In this document: positions 30,161 to 41,259 of the stretch, one piece after another
Numbering within the stretch: position 1 is the stretch's first letter
Layout of the letters: each line of letters begins with the position of its first letter
Origin: Epithemia pelagica
Taxonomy: Eukaryota > Protista > Bacillariophyta
NCBI GenBank assembly: GCA_946965045.2
Contig: OX337234.1
Span: forward strand, 2,108,001-2,172,000
Length of the DNA: 64,000 nucleotides
Reading direction: 5' to 3'
Program-made: the position numbers and the translations under genes
Notes under the pieces: model-generated
Databases searched by the model: none
What the model was told of the DNA's origin: nothing
The model's input: the letters and a program-made list of their open reading frames with translations, nothing else

Positions 30161-31630
30161 ATGAGCGTGAGCGAAATTGGCAATTATCAGCGTTGGGTGG
30201 ATGGGAAACCATGTTGTGTCAATCACTGCACTTGTGGAGGAATCATTACAACAAACGATGCCTGTGTCATTTTAGCAACTCATGAGGGGAAACGAAAACA
30301 ATTGTTCCAGCAAACGAAGCACAAAAAAGGCAGCAAAAACAAGAAGAATGCATCATCTGCTACTAGTTTAGACCTGGCCCTTGATTGGGTACCCAATGGT
30401 CGTCAAGTCCTGCATCGTTCGTGCTACAATCACATTGTACAAACAGGAGACTTGTATTTTGCTCGTGCCACGGAACGTGCCTTGTTTCAAGCGGCGCAAC
30501 AAACGGTCGAATTCGTCGACGACCCTGCCACCGTACAACAGGCCGCCAGAGACACGGCACACCTCTTTTGGTACGCGGCTGGTAACAGTCATACCATTCC
30601 GCAGGCCACGACAAGCAACATGGAACCGACCACGGATCGGAACATCAAACGATAACGACGACGACGACAATCCTCGCAATCACAGACCGTGTCTCCGTCT
30701 CCCGTGGTTGTGGCATTTACGGGGGCTGGTATTTCCGCCACGGCTGGCATTCCAACCTATCGTGGTACCAATGGACTGGATACCAAACAAGAACTCAAGC
30801 ACAGTGTGACCAATGAGGACTCGGTTGAGGAGAATGAAGAAACCCCGTACACCCAATTGGTACCTACCCTTACGCATGGGGCCTTGGCGAAATTGGAACA
30901 AATGAAGTGGTTGTCTCACATTGCCTCTCAAAACTGCGACAATTTGCATCGCAAAGCTGGTACTAGTCCCGAGTGCCTCTCGGAGCTTCATGGCAACATC
31001 TTTATTGAGTATTGTTCCAAGTGTAAGACAGAATATGAACGTGATTATGAAGTGGATGCATATTCCACGGATTGTCACAAGGAACCATACTACAAAAAAT
31101 GCCGTCATTGTGGCTTTGGTCACTATACCGGACGGTACTGTGCTGTTCCCGGATGTCGCGGCAAACTTCGAGACACAATTGTGAATTTTGGAGACCCCCT
31201 GTTTGACACAACCTTGGGTGGTCTGTCCAAAGCCAGTGGAAGATTCCTGGCCGCCGATATTTGCTTGGCATTGGGCAGTTCCCTTTCTGTCTCACCCGCC
31301 AATGCACTTATTGACTTGCCCCATTTTTTGGTGGTCGTCAATCTTCAACCAACCGACGCGGATGACCAAGCGGATATTCGAGTGTGGGCTGAGACGGATC
31401 AATTTTTTACCTATCTCATGAATGAATTAGCCAAAGGTCCGCCTCTCTCCACATCCAGTCACTTCACTGCCATTCTCCAGAAAAAGCAAAGGGCAACAGG
31501 TGGGGATGCAACCACTTTGTCGTGGCAAGAGCTCAAAGAGTGTATTGAACACAGTCGTGAACAGGAATCTTTGGAAATGGCGCAAGATTGGATCGCGGAA
31601 CGAGGACAACGAAAGCGAAAGAGTCGCTAA
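30161..31630 (+). CDS. Sirtuin, class IV (SIRT6/7-like), with one in-frame TAA at 30653-30655
   Basis: FTGAGIS..AGIPTYRG, QNCDNLH, ELHGN, CxxC...CxxC...C zinc region, LRDTIVNFGD, LGSSL and VNLQ. The upstream same-frame ORF carries EFVDDPATVQQAARDTAHL, resembling the helix preceding the SIRT6 core. Confidence 0.85.
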
Positions 31631-33020
31631 AGATGTTGCAAACCAAACCGCCTCATGCATGTCGGGTGAGTTGTCGAATCTCCCCTCCTTTCTTCATTTG
31701 TGTTGTGTCAACGATATCCCATGATCATGACTTTGCCTACCTACTACTCCCTCCTGAAAGAAAATAGTGCACGATTATAGAAAAAAAACGATATCTCAAC
31801 GAGCAAACGTCCTTTTTTCCTAAAATTTTTTCCCTAGAAAGCTCTACTCATTAGCTCTATATTGGTGTATTACTTATATGTTCGATTCTTGCAAGGGGAT
31901 GAGATATGACCGTTCAAAAGGCGCCATTTCGAGCTTTGCTTTTCAGTGCCCACCGGTTGAGACTTCTATGGCGCCTATGAACACGTCCTCTTCAGGGCGG
32001 CCCCCCAGGGCATCAAAGTACAAGGCTCTGCGCGAAACAGACAAGGTTCGTATTGTTTCGATGCTCAATTCCATGGTCCCAATCAAGGCACCTTTGGCCA
32101 TGGTTCCATTACTTTTGTTGCTCGAGAGATGCGTCTTGGCAGGTCGACCATAAGTAGGGTTTGGAAAGGCGCGCGCGTCACAAGTGCCACAGGCATAATT
32201 CACTCGCCTGAATTTTCGAGGAAGTTGAGCGCGCGTGGTCGACGGCCTAAGTTTTCACCTTCCACGATTAGATCGAGAGTAAAAGCCCTTCCGTTGATGG
32301 CACGGACCACAAGGCAAAATCTCTCCCTCGCGTTGAAGGTTTCTCACACTACGGTGAACTTGTTTTTCTCGCGTTAGGACACGCCGGGTTGTAGGAACTG
32401 AAGCCATGGGGATCAACCCGGGGGGCACGTGTCCCTGGTTTATGTTCATCTACGAAATCAGGGTGGAGTTCGACTCCGAATGAGCCAGCCGTCCTCCTGT
32501 AGGTTTGTACCAGAGCCTACGAGAGTTTTTAACGCGACTAAAATAACCAAAAAAAAATCGTGCACTATTTTCTTTCAGGAGGGAGTAGACGACTACCTAT
32601 GCGATACATTAGGCTTCCATTTGACGTACTATACTCCTAGGAGTACCTAGGACAAGTTGGCGGGAGTAGGAGTACTTAGAGTACGACAGCATGGATAGGT
32701 AGCAATGATAGCATGGCGTCGTCTGCACTCCATCCGATCAATTCCATCTGGAAAGACGTCATTTGCCATTATTTGTGTCTGAACGAACGAAAAGACAGAA
32801 AACGACACAACAAATGTCAAGAACATCTGAATGACGGCATTGGAAATTTTTTGACATCGAGATGAAAGATGAAAGAGTTGATGCCAATAGATCTACAAAC
32901 TCTAAGTTGATGGGGAGACGGTGCACATGAGCGGAAACCGCAAGAACCATCATAACAATTACAGTCGGAAGTAACAGCACAAAGAAGAAAGTTTGGGGTG
33001 ATCCATAACGATACACGAGG

Positions 33021-33407
33021 ATGGATAGGGACAGCGATGAAGAAAGCCGCCATGTGATTAGTAGTGACGATTCGAACAGTCTCCGAGAGGGGCGTCATTA
33101 TTACCCGTTGAATCATGGAGCTGTCAAGTCTGTTGAGGGCTGGAACGTCTTTGTTCGAGGGTTGAACGAAGGCACTGGCGAAGATGACATTCTGGACGCC
33201 TTCTCCAGGTTTGGCCGCATTCAGATTGTCCGGCTGAATCGCGACAGAAGAACTGGAGCGGCCCGATGCGCGGTGGTCGAATTCCTCAATCATCGAGAAG
33301 CTCAGGATGCAATCAATTCATTACATGGAAGCTCCCTTCTCAATCGTAGAATAGAGGTCCATTGGGCATTTGTCAAACCCACCTCTCTCTGTACTGCGAC
33401 AGCATAA
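33021..33407 (+). CDS. RRM protein, RBM8A/Y14-like
   Basis: KSVEGWNVFVRGL, LNRDRRTG, EAQDAI..L.G..L and IEVHWAFVK match the exon-junction-complex Y14 pattern, but RNP1 is divergent. Confidence 0.8.
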   Translation: MDRDSDEESRHVISSDDSNSLREGRHYYPLNHGAVKSVEGWNVFVRGLNEGTGEDDILDAFSRFGRIQIVRLNRDRRTGAARCAVVEFLNHREAQDAINSLHGSSLLNRRIEVHWAFVKPTSLCTATA

Positions 33408-33696
33408 ATTGATGACAAAAGACAAGCATGTCCCTCCCTTTGAGGATATCCGGTACCAAACTACCGAGAATGAGTCCCTTGTGTACAAATCGCTGCGCAG
33501 CCTACAGCCATACACCTTGTCGTCAACTCATGATATAGACCAAACGAATGGCGTTAATGAACATAAAAGAATGGTCTACAGCGCTAGTCGCTGTCTGTAA
33601 GAATACCAACGCAATGTATAATTCAGACTTGTTGCTTCGTTCAGTTCTATTGTCAAAAATACATGTAGATGTTCTGCCTCTGTCTCTCCCTTCCCC

Positions 33697-34319
33697 TCAT
33701 GACGAAGAAGCACTGACTGCCGAGAGGACGGCTGGGGCGTTCACGTCGGAAAACGCTTCAATTTGAATGATTTTGAAGTCGTCATTGATTGTTACAAGGA
33801 AAGAGGCGTCGCAGTAGACATCTCCATTGTTGTTGATACGAACTGTTTCCATAATAAATGATTTGCCCAAGACACCACAACATTCCGACACACTTTGTTT
33901 GTAATTTTGCGATGCCATGTCTTTTTGAATGGTTGCCTCGAATTCATCCCACGTCATGGTTGTTTCACTGGTTTGTTTCTCGTTCAAGTCACCGACTGTA
34001 AAGGTTACTTCGTTCCCTTCTGCATCTTGTACAACGACTTGAACAGGTTCTGCGTCAACGAATCATCTGAATGTTTCACAAGAAAGAGCCCCGACAGAGA
34101 AGAACTAGAGCATGAGTAGTTGTCTTGGACCCACAACGCGAAAGGATCCTGATTGTACTCCATGATGCCAATGCCATTCCATTGACTAGGATCCTGGTAC
34201 GAAAGGACTTACTCTCGGAACGAGGACAGATCACCCTCCGACACACCTTTTGTCAGTGCCGGTCCATAGGCTTCGGCGATCTCTTTGCATTTTGCAACTC
34301 TTTCGGCTGCAATAGTCAT
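33697..34319 (-). CDS. Small spliced hypothetical protein
   Basis: Exon 1 MTIAAERVAKCKEIAEAYG...SSFR with a GTAAGT donor near 34212, and a protein-like 3' frame AEPVQVVVQDAEG...KIIQIEAFSD. I could not find a phase-compatible acceptor. Confidence 0.45.
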
Positions 34320-34678
34320 TATGTAATATGAGAAAGACGACAGACAATAGAAGCAAGGTCGACAATGGTGGTTGTTGAGGCAGACAGCGAGAATGCAAAA
34401 GAGTGAATCTTGGAGGCGAAGAAAAGATACTGTCACAACAAATTTGGCCATGTCATCCGTCTCAAACGGACTACCTATCGCTACGACTGTTAATACGAAT
34501 TGGTTGGATATTGAATTTTAAAGATTATCGCGCTGAGAAATCCGAAGAACGTTGTTCCATATCTTTTCGTTGGTGGCAATTGGCATTGTTGGTTGACAAA
34601 CACAAATGAGTAACTAACACTCGAGCAGCTCGTCAAGACCAGCAGCAAGGTGAAACGAGACAACAGAAGAAAGCCAAA

Positions 34679-36189
34679 ATGAAGCATCCAAAGGAGTTTA
34701 CCGTGGAGGAAGTGGGATTGTGGTTGTTGGCCATTGGTCTCGGATCCAAAATTGAAGCCTTTGCGGCCAGTGCAGTGGATGGTGCCCGGACGACGACAAG
34801 CAGTATTTTCGACGAGAGGAGGATCGCTTGATGCAAAAGGAAGATCTCTTGCGGCAAACGGAATTGTTACTTATGCAGGAGCGACTATCTTTGTATGTAC
34901 CAGAGAAAGAAACTTCTGAACTGCAACAAGTTGATGCACGTAAAATGCTGAAAGAAGTGCATCAATTCATCGTCAAACGAGATCGGGCCACGCCGCAGAA
35001 ACCCCCAGCTATCCACGGGAAGGACGAGTTGCTTCGTCTTGGCCGGGAAGGCAAAGTGAAGACCTTCACATCTGTCGACGGCGAATTACCTATCTTGTCC
35101 GCAGATGAGAACACGAAGCTCTCAAAACTTGAGGAGGAACACCGCGTTGTAGCGTTCATTACGCCTCACTTGCAAAGGATTTTCGGGCAAAATGATGACG
35201 AATCAACTACTGTTGTCGTAAATTCGGAAGAGAACAAGTGGCTCCGAACGTCTGATGACTGCACTTTCAACCAGAAACCCGATCTGTTTGTCTGTCACAG
35301 AGCTATCTACCAGAAGCGCCAGCCATTCAATACTGGCGACCAGATTCTTCTAGGAATGCGGAGAGCAAGAGATGTTTTTGGGGTGTTGGCCAACTGGAAG
35401 CTTCGTCGCTTTCTTTACGTTGTTTGCGAAGCAAAGATGGAGATTGACAACGCAGGTTTAGGGGAAACCATCAACTATGGCTCCCACATTTGTTTAGATG
35501 AAGATGGGCCGGTGACGGTTCGTTTGATTCTATTCGACCGGAATGAATTCTGGCTCGTTGAATGCGTGAAAGGAGTAGCATCCTCCATTGAGAAATGCGA
35601 TTGGTCGCAGTGTGGGTCTGCTTCTCTGATGCGTAATTTTGAGCTACGTGATCCGCTGATCGAGGCCCTGGATGATGCCTGCAAAGCGTTTCGCCTTACT
35701 GTCGATGAGAATAGCTTTCTTGGACAGGGTGCGTTTGGGGTTGTGTTTCGAGTCAAGAATCAGGAGGGGAAACTTTTCGCCATGAAGATTGTTTCGGATG
35801 AAGGTAATCACGTGCAACAACTCAAGATACAGGCGGAGGTTACCAATCGAGCGAAAACCATATGTCCTCAGTACATTGTTGGCATTGAAAGCAATGGTTT
35901 TCTGCATTATGAGAACAAGGCTGGCGTACTACTTCAGTCAGACGTCGGTCGTCATTATTCTACGCTTTCAAAAACCGATATCATTCAGGCATTGGAGGCT
36001 CTTCATTCGAAGAACATTTTGCACGGTGACTGTCGAGTGGAAAACATTGTGAATGTAAACGGAAATGCGCGATGGATTGATATGAGAGCAGGCCGTCTTT
36101 TCGAATCCATGGACATTTCCGAAGACAAAGAACAGGAGAAGAGGGAGTTGTTAGAATCCATCCAGCGTGTTTTCTCGTCTAGTGAATAG
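34679..36189 (+). CDS. Crinkler-like nuclease-fold + Ser/Thr kinase protein; SAM-like leader in a different frame (possible pseudogene)
   Basis: Main ORF 34831-36189 has KPDLFV..VCEAK..ETINY (PD-(D/E)xK-like), then GQGAFGVVF, AMK, HGDCRVENIV and WID. ATG 34679 encodes MKHPKEFTVEEVGLWLLAIGLG..IEAF....VDG (start of a SAM domain), out of frame with it. Confidence 0.7.
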
Positions 36190-36790
36190 ATACTACACTT
36201 TCTTGACCTCTGGGCGGGAACTTGTCAGACTGGGGGTTGCTGCGTAGTACACCTTGGAAACAACAACCATCTCATTCCTGTGCTTCATGTCCTTCTATCC
36301 AAAACACCCAACAGCCAATCAACGAAAAGAAACGTATTCATTCCACAAGGCAGGCCAACGTTGTTGAGGCAAAATTCACCAAGGGCTGGTACTTTTTTCT
36401 TCTGGCTGGCGTGGACCGGGCTTAATGCACCAGTTTCGAGAAAGGCTCTTGTTACTATGCCATAGTTGTGAAAATGTGTTTTCTGTTCTTTGTCGTGTAT
36501 AAACAGTTTCTTTTTGGAACTCGGCATCCTCCTCCCAAAGACTCAGTGTTTCTATCGTATGGCGTATCGGTCTGTTTCGACGTGAGGAGTCCATTCGTTG
36601 CGGATAACACAAGTCATGATGACACTATCACAACTTGTGCTGCGATTGTTTCCGAGTTCACTTATCATCGAGCAGTCCTGCTCACCCGACCGAACAATTC
36701 TCAAGAGAGAGTGCATGGACACCTGCAGGCTGGAATTCCGAAATCATGTTCAAGAGATCGTAAAATGAACAAGCCAAACCACAACCAAAC

Positions 36791-37040
36791 GCATTCCTGG
36801 TGCAGTGCGCCACCAGGCCATGAGCAGAATCCTCATTCCCGATGCAGTGCACCATCCGTCCGATCAAGGGGGTTGTAGTGTGGTGTTGTGTGTTTGTCCA
36901 GTCTCTCTACTATATAACCACCGAGCCACCACCATTCTTTCATTCCCGATACAGTGCGCGTGTCGTTTCGTGTTGGTCCAGTCTCTCTACTACAAGAACC
37001 ACCGAGCCACGACCACCATTTCATTCCTGGTGCAGTGCGC
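36791..37040. repeat. Imperfect tandem repeat cluster
   Basis: Four copies of CATTCC(TGG/CGA)T(G/A)CAGTGC, and two longer units containing GTCCAGTCTCTCTACTA..AACCACCGAGCCAC (about 36897 and 36977). Confidence 0.8.
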
Positions 37041-37147
37041 TACCCGGCCGTGACGAAAGGGGTTGTTGCTGTTGTTGTAGAATTTGGTTCTTCTTCTTCT
37101 TCTTTATACACACACACACAAGTCTCCTCTATAGGTTGCTCTAGTAT

Positions 37148-38650
37148 CTAACTCTCGCGGAGGGTATTGCGGTTGCAAAGTTGCTTGGCTTGGTCCGTTT
37201 GCGTTTTGCACAACAGGGATTGTGGATCCACAGCGAGAAACTCCTGACATTGTTGCAGTGTTACCTCCCATTTCCGTACTGTGCGTTCTACTTCCATCTT
37301 GTTGTTTTCGTGAGTGCTATTTCCTTTGTTGCTTCCTCTCTTTTCGACACAATTTGTTCGGAATTTAAAGGGGTGGTCCCAAAACTGATTGTCTTCCGGT
37401 GACAGCATAATGAGTTGAACAGCACGCTTTTGGTGAAAATAAATCATGGACGAAATGTCATGATCCTCGGCTTCTCCCTCTGCATACAACATGTGAGTTG
37501 GATTGGCCAATTGCTCCACCACGGTCTGCACCAAGTCGGTCGAAAGGATATAGAGTTGCCCCGCCATGAACAAGTGCAAAATGGCATGCATGTCTTGGGG
37601 GAGAAAGGAAGAGTATCGCTCCACCATGCTCTCGTGCAAATGACGATCTTCCTCGGAATACATGTACAAACTTTTGCGTCCTCTCCAGTTGTGGCCCCAC
37701 CAAAGTTTGTCCATGACCTTTCCGGCATAAATTGCACGGTTGTATGGTGCGGGTGGGAGCTTTTGAGCAGCAAAGTCAAAGTATCGTCGGACGTTGATCA
37801 CTGAGTCGGAATCACATTTTGCGACATAATCCAATCCTAGTCTGTCGGCTAGACTATGAGCATAGTAAAACCAAGAGGGAGTCTTGCCGTGATTCATGTT
37901 TTCGGCAATATTGAGGAACGTCATATCCTGACGTGCGAAGTCCATGGGAAAGGACCCAGTCCAATTGGAACTCTCGCCCGTATGAAACGTCAATCGAACG
38001 GGTGCGAGCAAATTTTGAGTTCGATTCACTGCAACGGCAGATTGTGTGGCAATTCTGAGCGGCACCCCGTTTCTCGATGACATGATGGGATTTGTTTCAT
38101 TGGCGGCACTCTGGTTGCCACCGAGGACAAAGGTGTAGACAAGCTCGCACTCCGGTCCCTGCAACGCCTTGTCAAGAGAGCACACCCGAGAATTTTCAAA
38201 TTTGCGAAACATTTGAAAAAGCTTGCGGTAGTGCATGCGAGCCTTGAGTTCTCCTCGCTTTGCTGCTGTAAAAATGCCCAACAAAACTTTTGGTGGAGGA
38301 GTGATCCCAGTTGTTGCAATGGGTTCGGATGTTTCAGCCCTGTGCATCATAACGGGTGGTTTGTCTTTTGAAAAGGAAGAATCCAATGTATCTCTGTGAT
38401 ATCCTCCTTTTCTAGACAAAAGTCGGTATGGTTCGCCTCGATCATTCTTCTTGTCCGTGGTCAGAATGTGGGACAGAAACAACGACCGAAGGGCAAATAA
38501 GACCACCAAAGAAAAGAATGCCGATTCACGATTTAAAATACATTTCTTGCCTCGTCGTATCTTTTTGTCGATGGAGCTACCAATGGATGGTATCGAAGGA
38601 GCCGAGATACAGAACACATGAGAGCTATCCCCATTCAAGTCCATCATCAT
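37148..38650 (-). CDS. Type II membrane glycosyltransferase, GT31/galactosyltransferase-like
   Basis: TM segment AFFSLVVLFALRSLFL; LLGIFT, YTFVLGG, LNIAENMNHGKT, YVAKCDSD (DxD), FMAGQLYILSTDL and EDHDIS. Likely start is ATG 38650. Confidence 0.8.
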   Translation of the reverse strand: MMMDLNGDSSHVFCISAPSIPSIGSSIDKKIRRGKKCILNRESAFFSLVVLFALRSLFLSHILTTDKKNDRGEPYRLLSRKGGYHRDTLDSSFSKDKPPVMMHRAETSEPIATTGITPPPKVLLGIFTAAKRGELKARMHYRKLFQMFRKFENSRVCSLDKALQGPECELVYTFVLGGNQSAANETNPIMSSRNGVPLRIATQSAVAVNRTQNLLAPVRLTFHTGESSNWTGSFPMDFARQDMTFLNIAENMNHGKTPSWFYYAHSLADRLGLDYVAKCDSDSVINVRRYFDFAAQKLPPAPYNRAIYAGKVMDKLWWGHNWRGRKSLYMYSEEDRHLHESMVERYSSFLPQDMHAILHLFMAGQLYILSTDLVQTVVEQLANPTHMLYAEGEAEDHDISSMIYFHQKRAVQLIMLSPEDNQFWDHPFKFRTNCVEKRGSNKGNSTHENNKMEVERTVRKWEVTLQQCQEFLAVDPQSLLCKTQTDQAKQLCNRNTLRES

Positions 38651-38901
38651 TAGATTTTGGATTCGTGGTGGTGCACAACTAGACAAAGACTGCCATTGGT
38701 ACCACAATCGATTAGTTGGAAGAAACTTTGTTGTCGGTTGAGGCTGTCTATTTTCGGGAAAAAATGAGAAAACAAAGCAAATTGTGCGCGCCGGCTGATC
38801 ACACCACAAATGGCACTACCCTTACTACACTACTCAACGGAGTAGTTTTCTGGGAATAGTCAATTTCAAATTTCAACAGCTATTATTCATTGTGAGCGAA
38901 G

Positions 38902-38997
38902 AAAAAAAAAGGTACAGTCTATTTTAACGCTGCCGCGCGGACCCGCTAGGGTGCCGTCGACCGACGCGCCCGGCCTAGAAAACTAGGCGAGGACTAA
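38902..38997 (+). repeat. Left inverted terminal module
   Basis: A9-GGTACAGTCTATTTTAACGCTGCC...CCCGGC, then hairpin CTAG-AAAA-CTAG, then GCGAGGACTAA; this is the reverse complement of 47386-47486. Confidence 0.92.
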
Positions 38998-39228
38998 CAG
39001 TACTTTGGGGTGAGCGATAGGAAATCGAGTATCCTTAGTCGCGTTAGAGGCCACTCAGTCGCCTGTGTGGTTGTGGGGAATTAATTTCGTGGAGAGACGA
39101 AATTGAAAGGCGTAGTGTCTCGCGTTATCTGTCCGATAGTTTCTGGTTTCTCGTATATTACCGCGCTAGTTTTCACCAGAAAGTAACCTGAAAGTACTCT
39201 CGTCATTGGTGAGCGAACCACGTCGACC

Positions 39229-41259
39229 ATGGCGGAACCCTCCCGTTCGGTCTATGACTCTCCTATGGCCGAAGAACAACGAAACCCCAACAATGATGCC
39301 ACTACAAATAACAACGATAATAATAACAACAACAATCACGATGCAAGCGACGATGCTACAGCCGTTACAGCTGTTTATCACCCAATCCCCTACGAAGGCG
39401 AAGAAAAGGAGTACACAATCAAGTTCGTGTTTAGCCCGGATGACGATAAAAACAAGAGTATCGCCTTGCTCCATTACGATATTTTGTATTCGATTTCTCA
39501 AGTGTTCCCAGAAGTTAAGATTTACGACAACAGAGGTACAAAACTTAACAAGAAAAAGCTTGAATCCTTCAAGGCAGTCTCTGCATACCTACGTCATTTC
39601 GATCTACATTATTCCAAGGGCAATGAAAAGAAGGGTCGGAAACCAATGTACATCGTGATTCACCGCTTTCTTTCTAAAATCTCCATAAGTGAAATTCGCC
39701 GTCACGATTCTGTTCACGAAAAGTTGCGCCTTGGCAAAGCGAAGATGACCCAACATTTATGGAACGAAAACGAAACCAGAATTTCAAACTTAGGTTTCTT
39801 CGTCGGATACGATCCGAGTAATATTCCTGCCGACGAAATGGTTGAATCGGTTATTCTCGAGATTATCGCGAAAACGAATAAAGCGCGCAAGAAAATTCCG
39901 AAATTCAAGTGCAACTACTCGTCACCATTCTTCAAGCACGGAGATGATGAATACAAGACAAAGGCTTTCGATCTACAGTGTCGTCAACACGACGCCAAAG
40001 ACCTGCTTGAATTGCTTCAACAGACTTACGTAGAAGACCCCAAGTTCATATTCCACAAGTTCCGCCATACTAACAAGCACGTATACAGCTCCTCCATGAT
40101 CGACCAAAACACATATCTTGGCGAGAGCAGGATTGTACCAGTGTCAGGGGTGCATCCCAGTATTATGTGGACTCTCAAAGATCGGATTGCTCGAGATTTC
40201 GAAGGTGTCATCAGAATCACTGGCCTCAAAGATACAGACCGTCTCGGCCGCCACAACATTCACACCACGGAAGAACATTTCGATGCGCTCAAAGGAGCTC
40301 TTCGTATGAGTTTGACCTCACTGGTTCAACAAGAACAACATATACACAACCTCACAAACCTCAAGGAGTACGATGATCCACCAAAGCTAGCGTTTCGACA
40401 CGAGAGCTACGGTCAACAAGGAACTGGTGAGAACGACGACGCATCAACAGATCACGGCGGATCTTATGCAACATACGTCTCGGCTCTTAATTCTCTGTAT
40501 TCTGCTCGAGAAGATGATCCTCAAAACGAAGCAAACGCTACTTATTCTCGTCCTCCTAAAATGATTGGTCCGACAACACAAGTATGGAAAACAATGGCAC
40601 CGGTTCAAACAGTTGTCGCATCGTCCATGACAGAGACTAGTACCAGTCAAGTCACCAACGAAGAGTATGAACGTATGAAAACCGAAAACACAGAACTAAA
40701 ATCCGAACTGAAAGAATTAAAAGAAGCATTCAAGTCGTTCGTGTCGAAACAAGAAGAGGAGAGCGAGTCGCAACAAGAAAAGATGATGAATGCCATGATG
40801 AAAGCCATGCAACAACAAATGTCGGTGATGATGTCTCAACATTACCCAATGCCCCCATCAAATTACGTCCATCCATATCAGCAACAACCTCCCTTCGGAA
40901 TGAGCCCAATAAGTCCCCAACAGCTTCAACAGCTACCGCACAACCTCTTCCCAGCTCACCAAACAACACCGATGCCTCCCCAACAAATCCCACCAAACCA
41001 GATGCCACTCCCACAAACTCCTACACACCATCAAGCACAACCACCGATTAACCATCAGAACCAATACTCAAACAATTACCAGTACCAATATTCAGAACAA
41101 GCAAACCCAACAGAACAGAGTCAACAAGGCGCCATCAGGAAGCGTAAAGAAAACGACTCAGAACAACCGGCCACACCGCTAAAAGATGTGAGCATGGCCC
41201 AAGCAAACTCCTCCTTGCACGCGGACGAGTCCTTGGCCGACTCAAGTACGCAATCATGA
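39229..41259 (+). CDS. Non-LTR ORF1 (nucleic-acid chaperone-like, coiled coil, Q/P-rich tail)
   Basis: 676-aa ORF from ATG, directly upstream of ORF2. Contains a coiled coil (EYERMKTENTELKSELKELKE) and a Q/P/N-rich C-terminus. Confidence 0.8.
   Translation: MAEPSRSVYDSPMAEEQRNPNNDATTNNNDNNNNNNHDASDDATAVTAVYHPIPYEGEEKEYTIKFVFSPDDDKNKSIALLHYDILYSISQVFPEVKIYDNRGTKLNKKKLESFKAVSAYLRHFDLHYSKGNEKKGRKPMYIVIHRFLSKISISEIRRHDSVHEKLRLGKAKMTQHLWNENETRISNLGFFVGYDPSNIPADEMVESVILEIIAKTNKARKKIPKFKCNYSSPFFKHGDDEYKTKAFDLQCRQHDAKDLLELLQQTYVEDPKFIFHKFRHTNKHVYSSSMIDQNTYLGESRIVPVSGVHPSIMWTLKDRIARDFEGVIRITGLKDTDRLGRHNIHTTEEHFDALKGALRMSLTSLVQQEQHIHNLTNLKEYDDPPKLAFRHESYGQQGTGENDDASTDHGGSYATYVSALNSLYSAREDDPQNEANATYSRPPKMIGPTTQVWKTMAPVQTVVASSMTETSTSQVTNEEYERMKTENTELKSELKELKEAFKSFVSKQEEESESQQEKMMNAMMKAMQQQMSVMMSQHYPMPPSNYVHPYQQQPPFGMSPISPQQLQQLPHNLFPAHQTTPMPPQQIPPNQMPLPQTPTHHQAQPPINHQNQYSNNYQYQYSEQANPTEQSQQGAIRKRKENDSEQPATPLKDVSMAQANSSLHADESLADSSTQS

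Noticed and set aside
31878-32449. Short ORFs, one containing LYFDALGG (protease-like)
   Set aside because: The frames are fragmented and no catalytic His/Cys context was found; nothing supportable.
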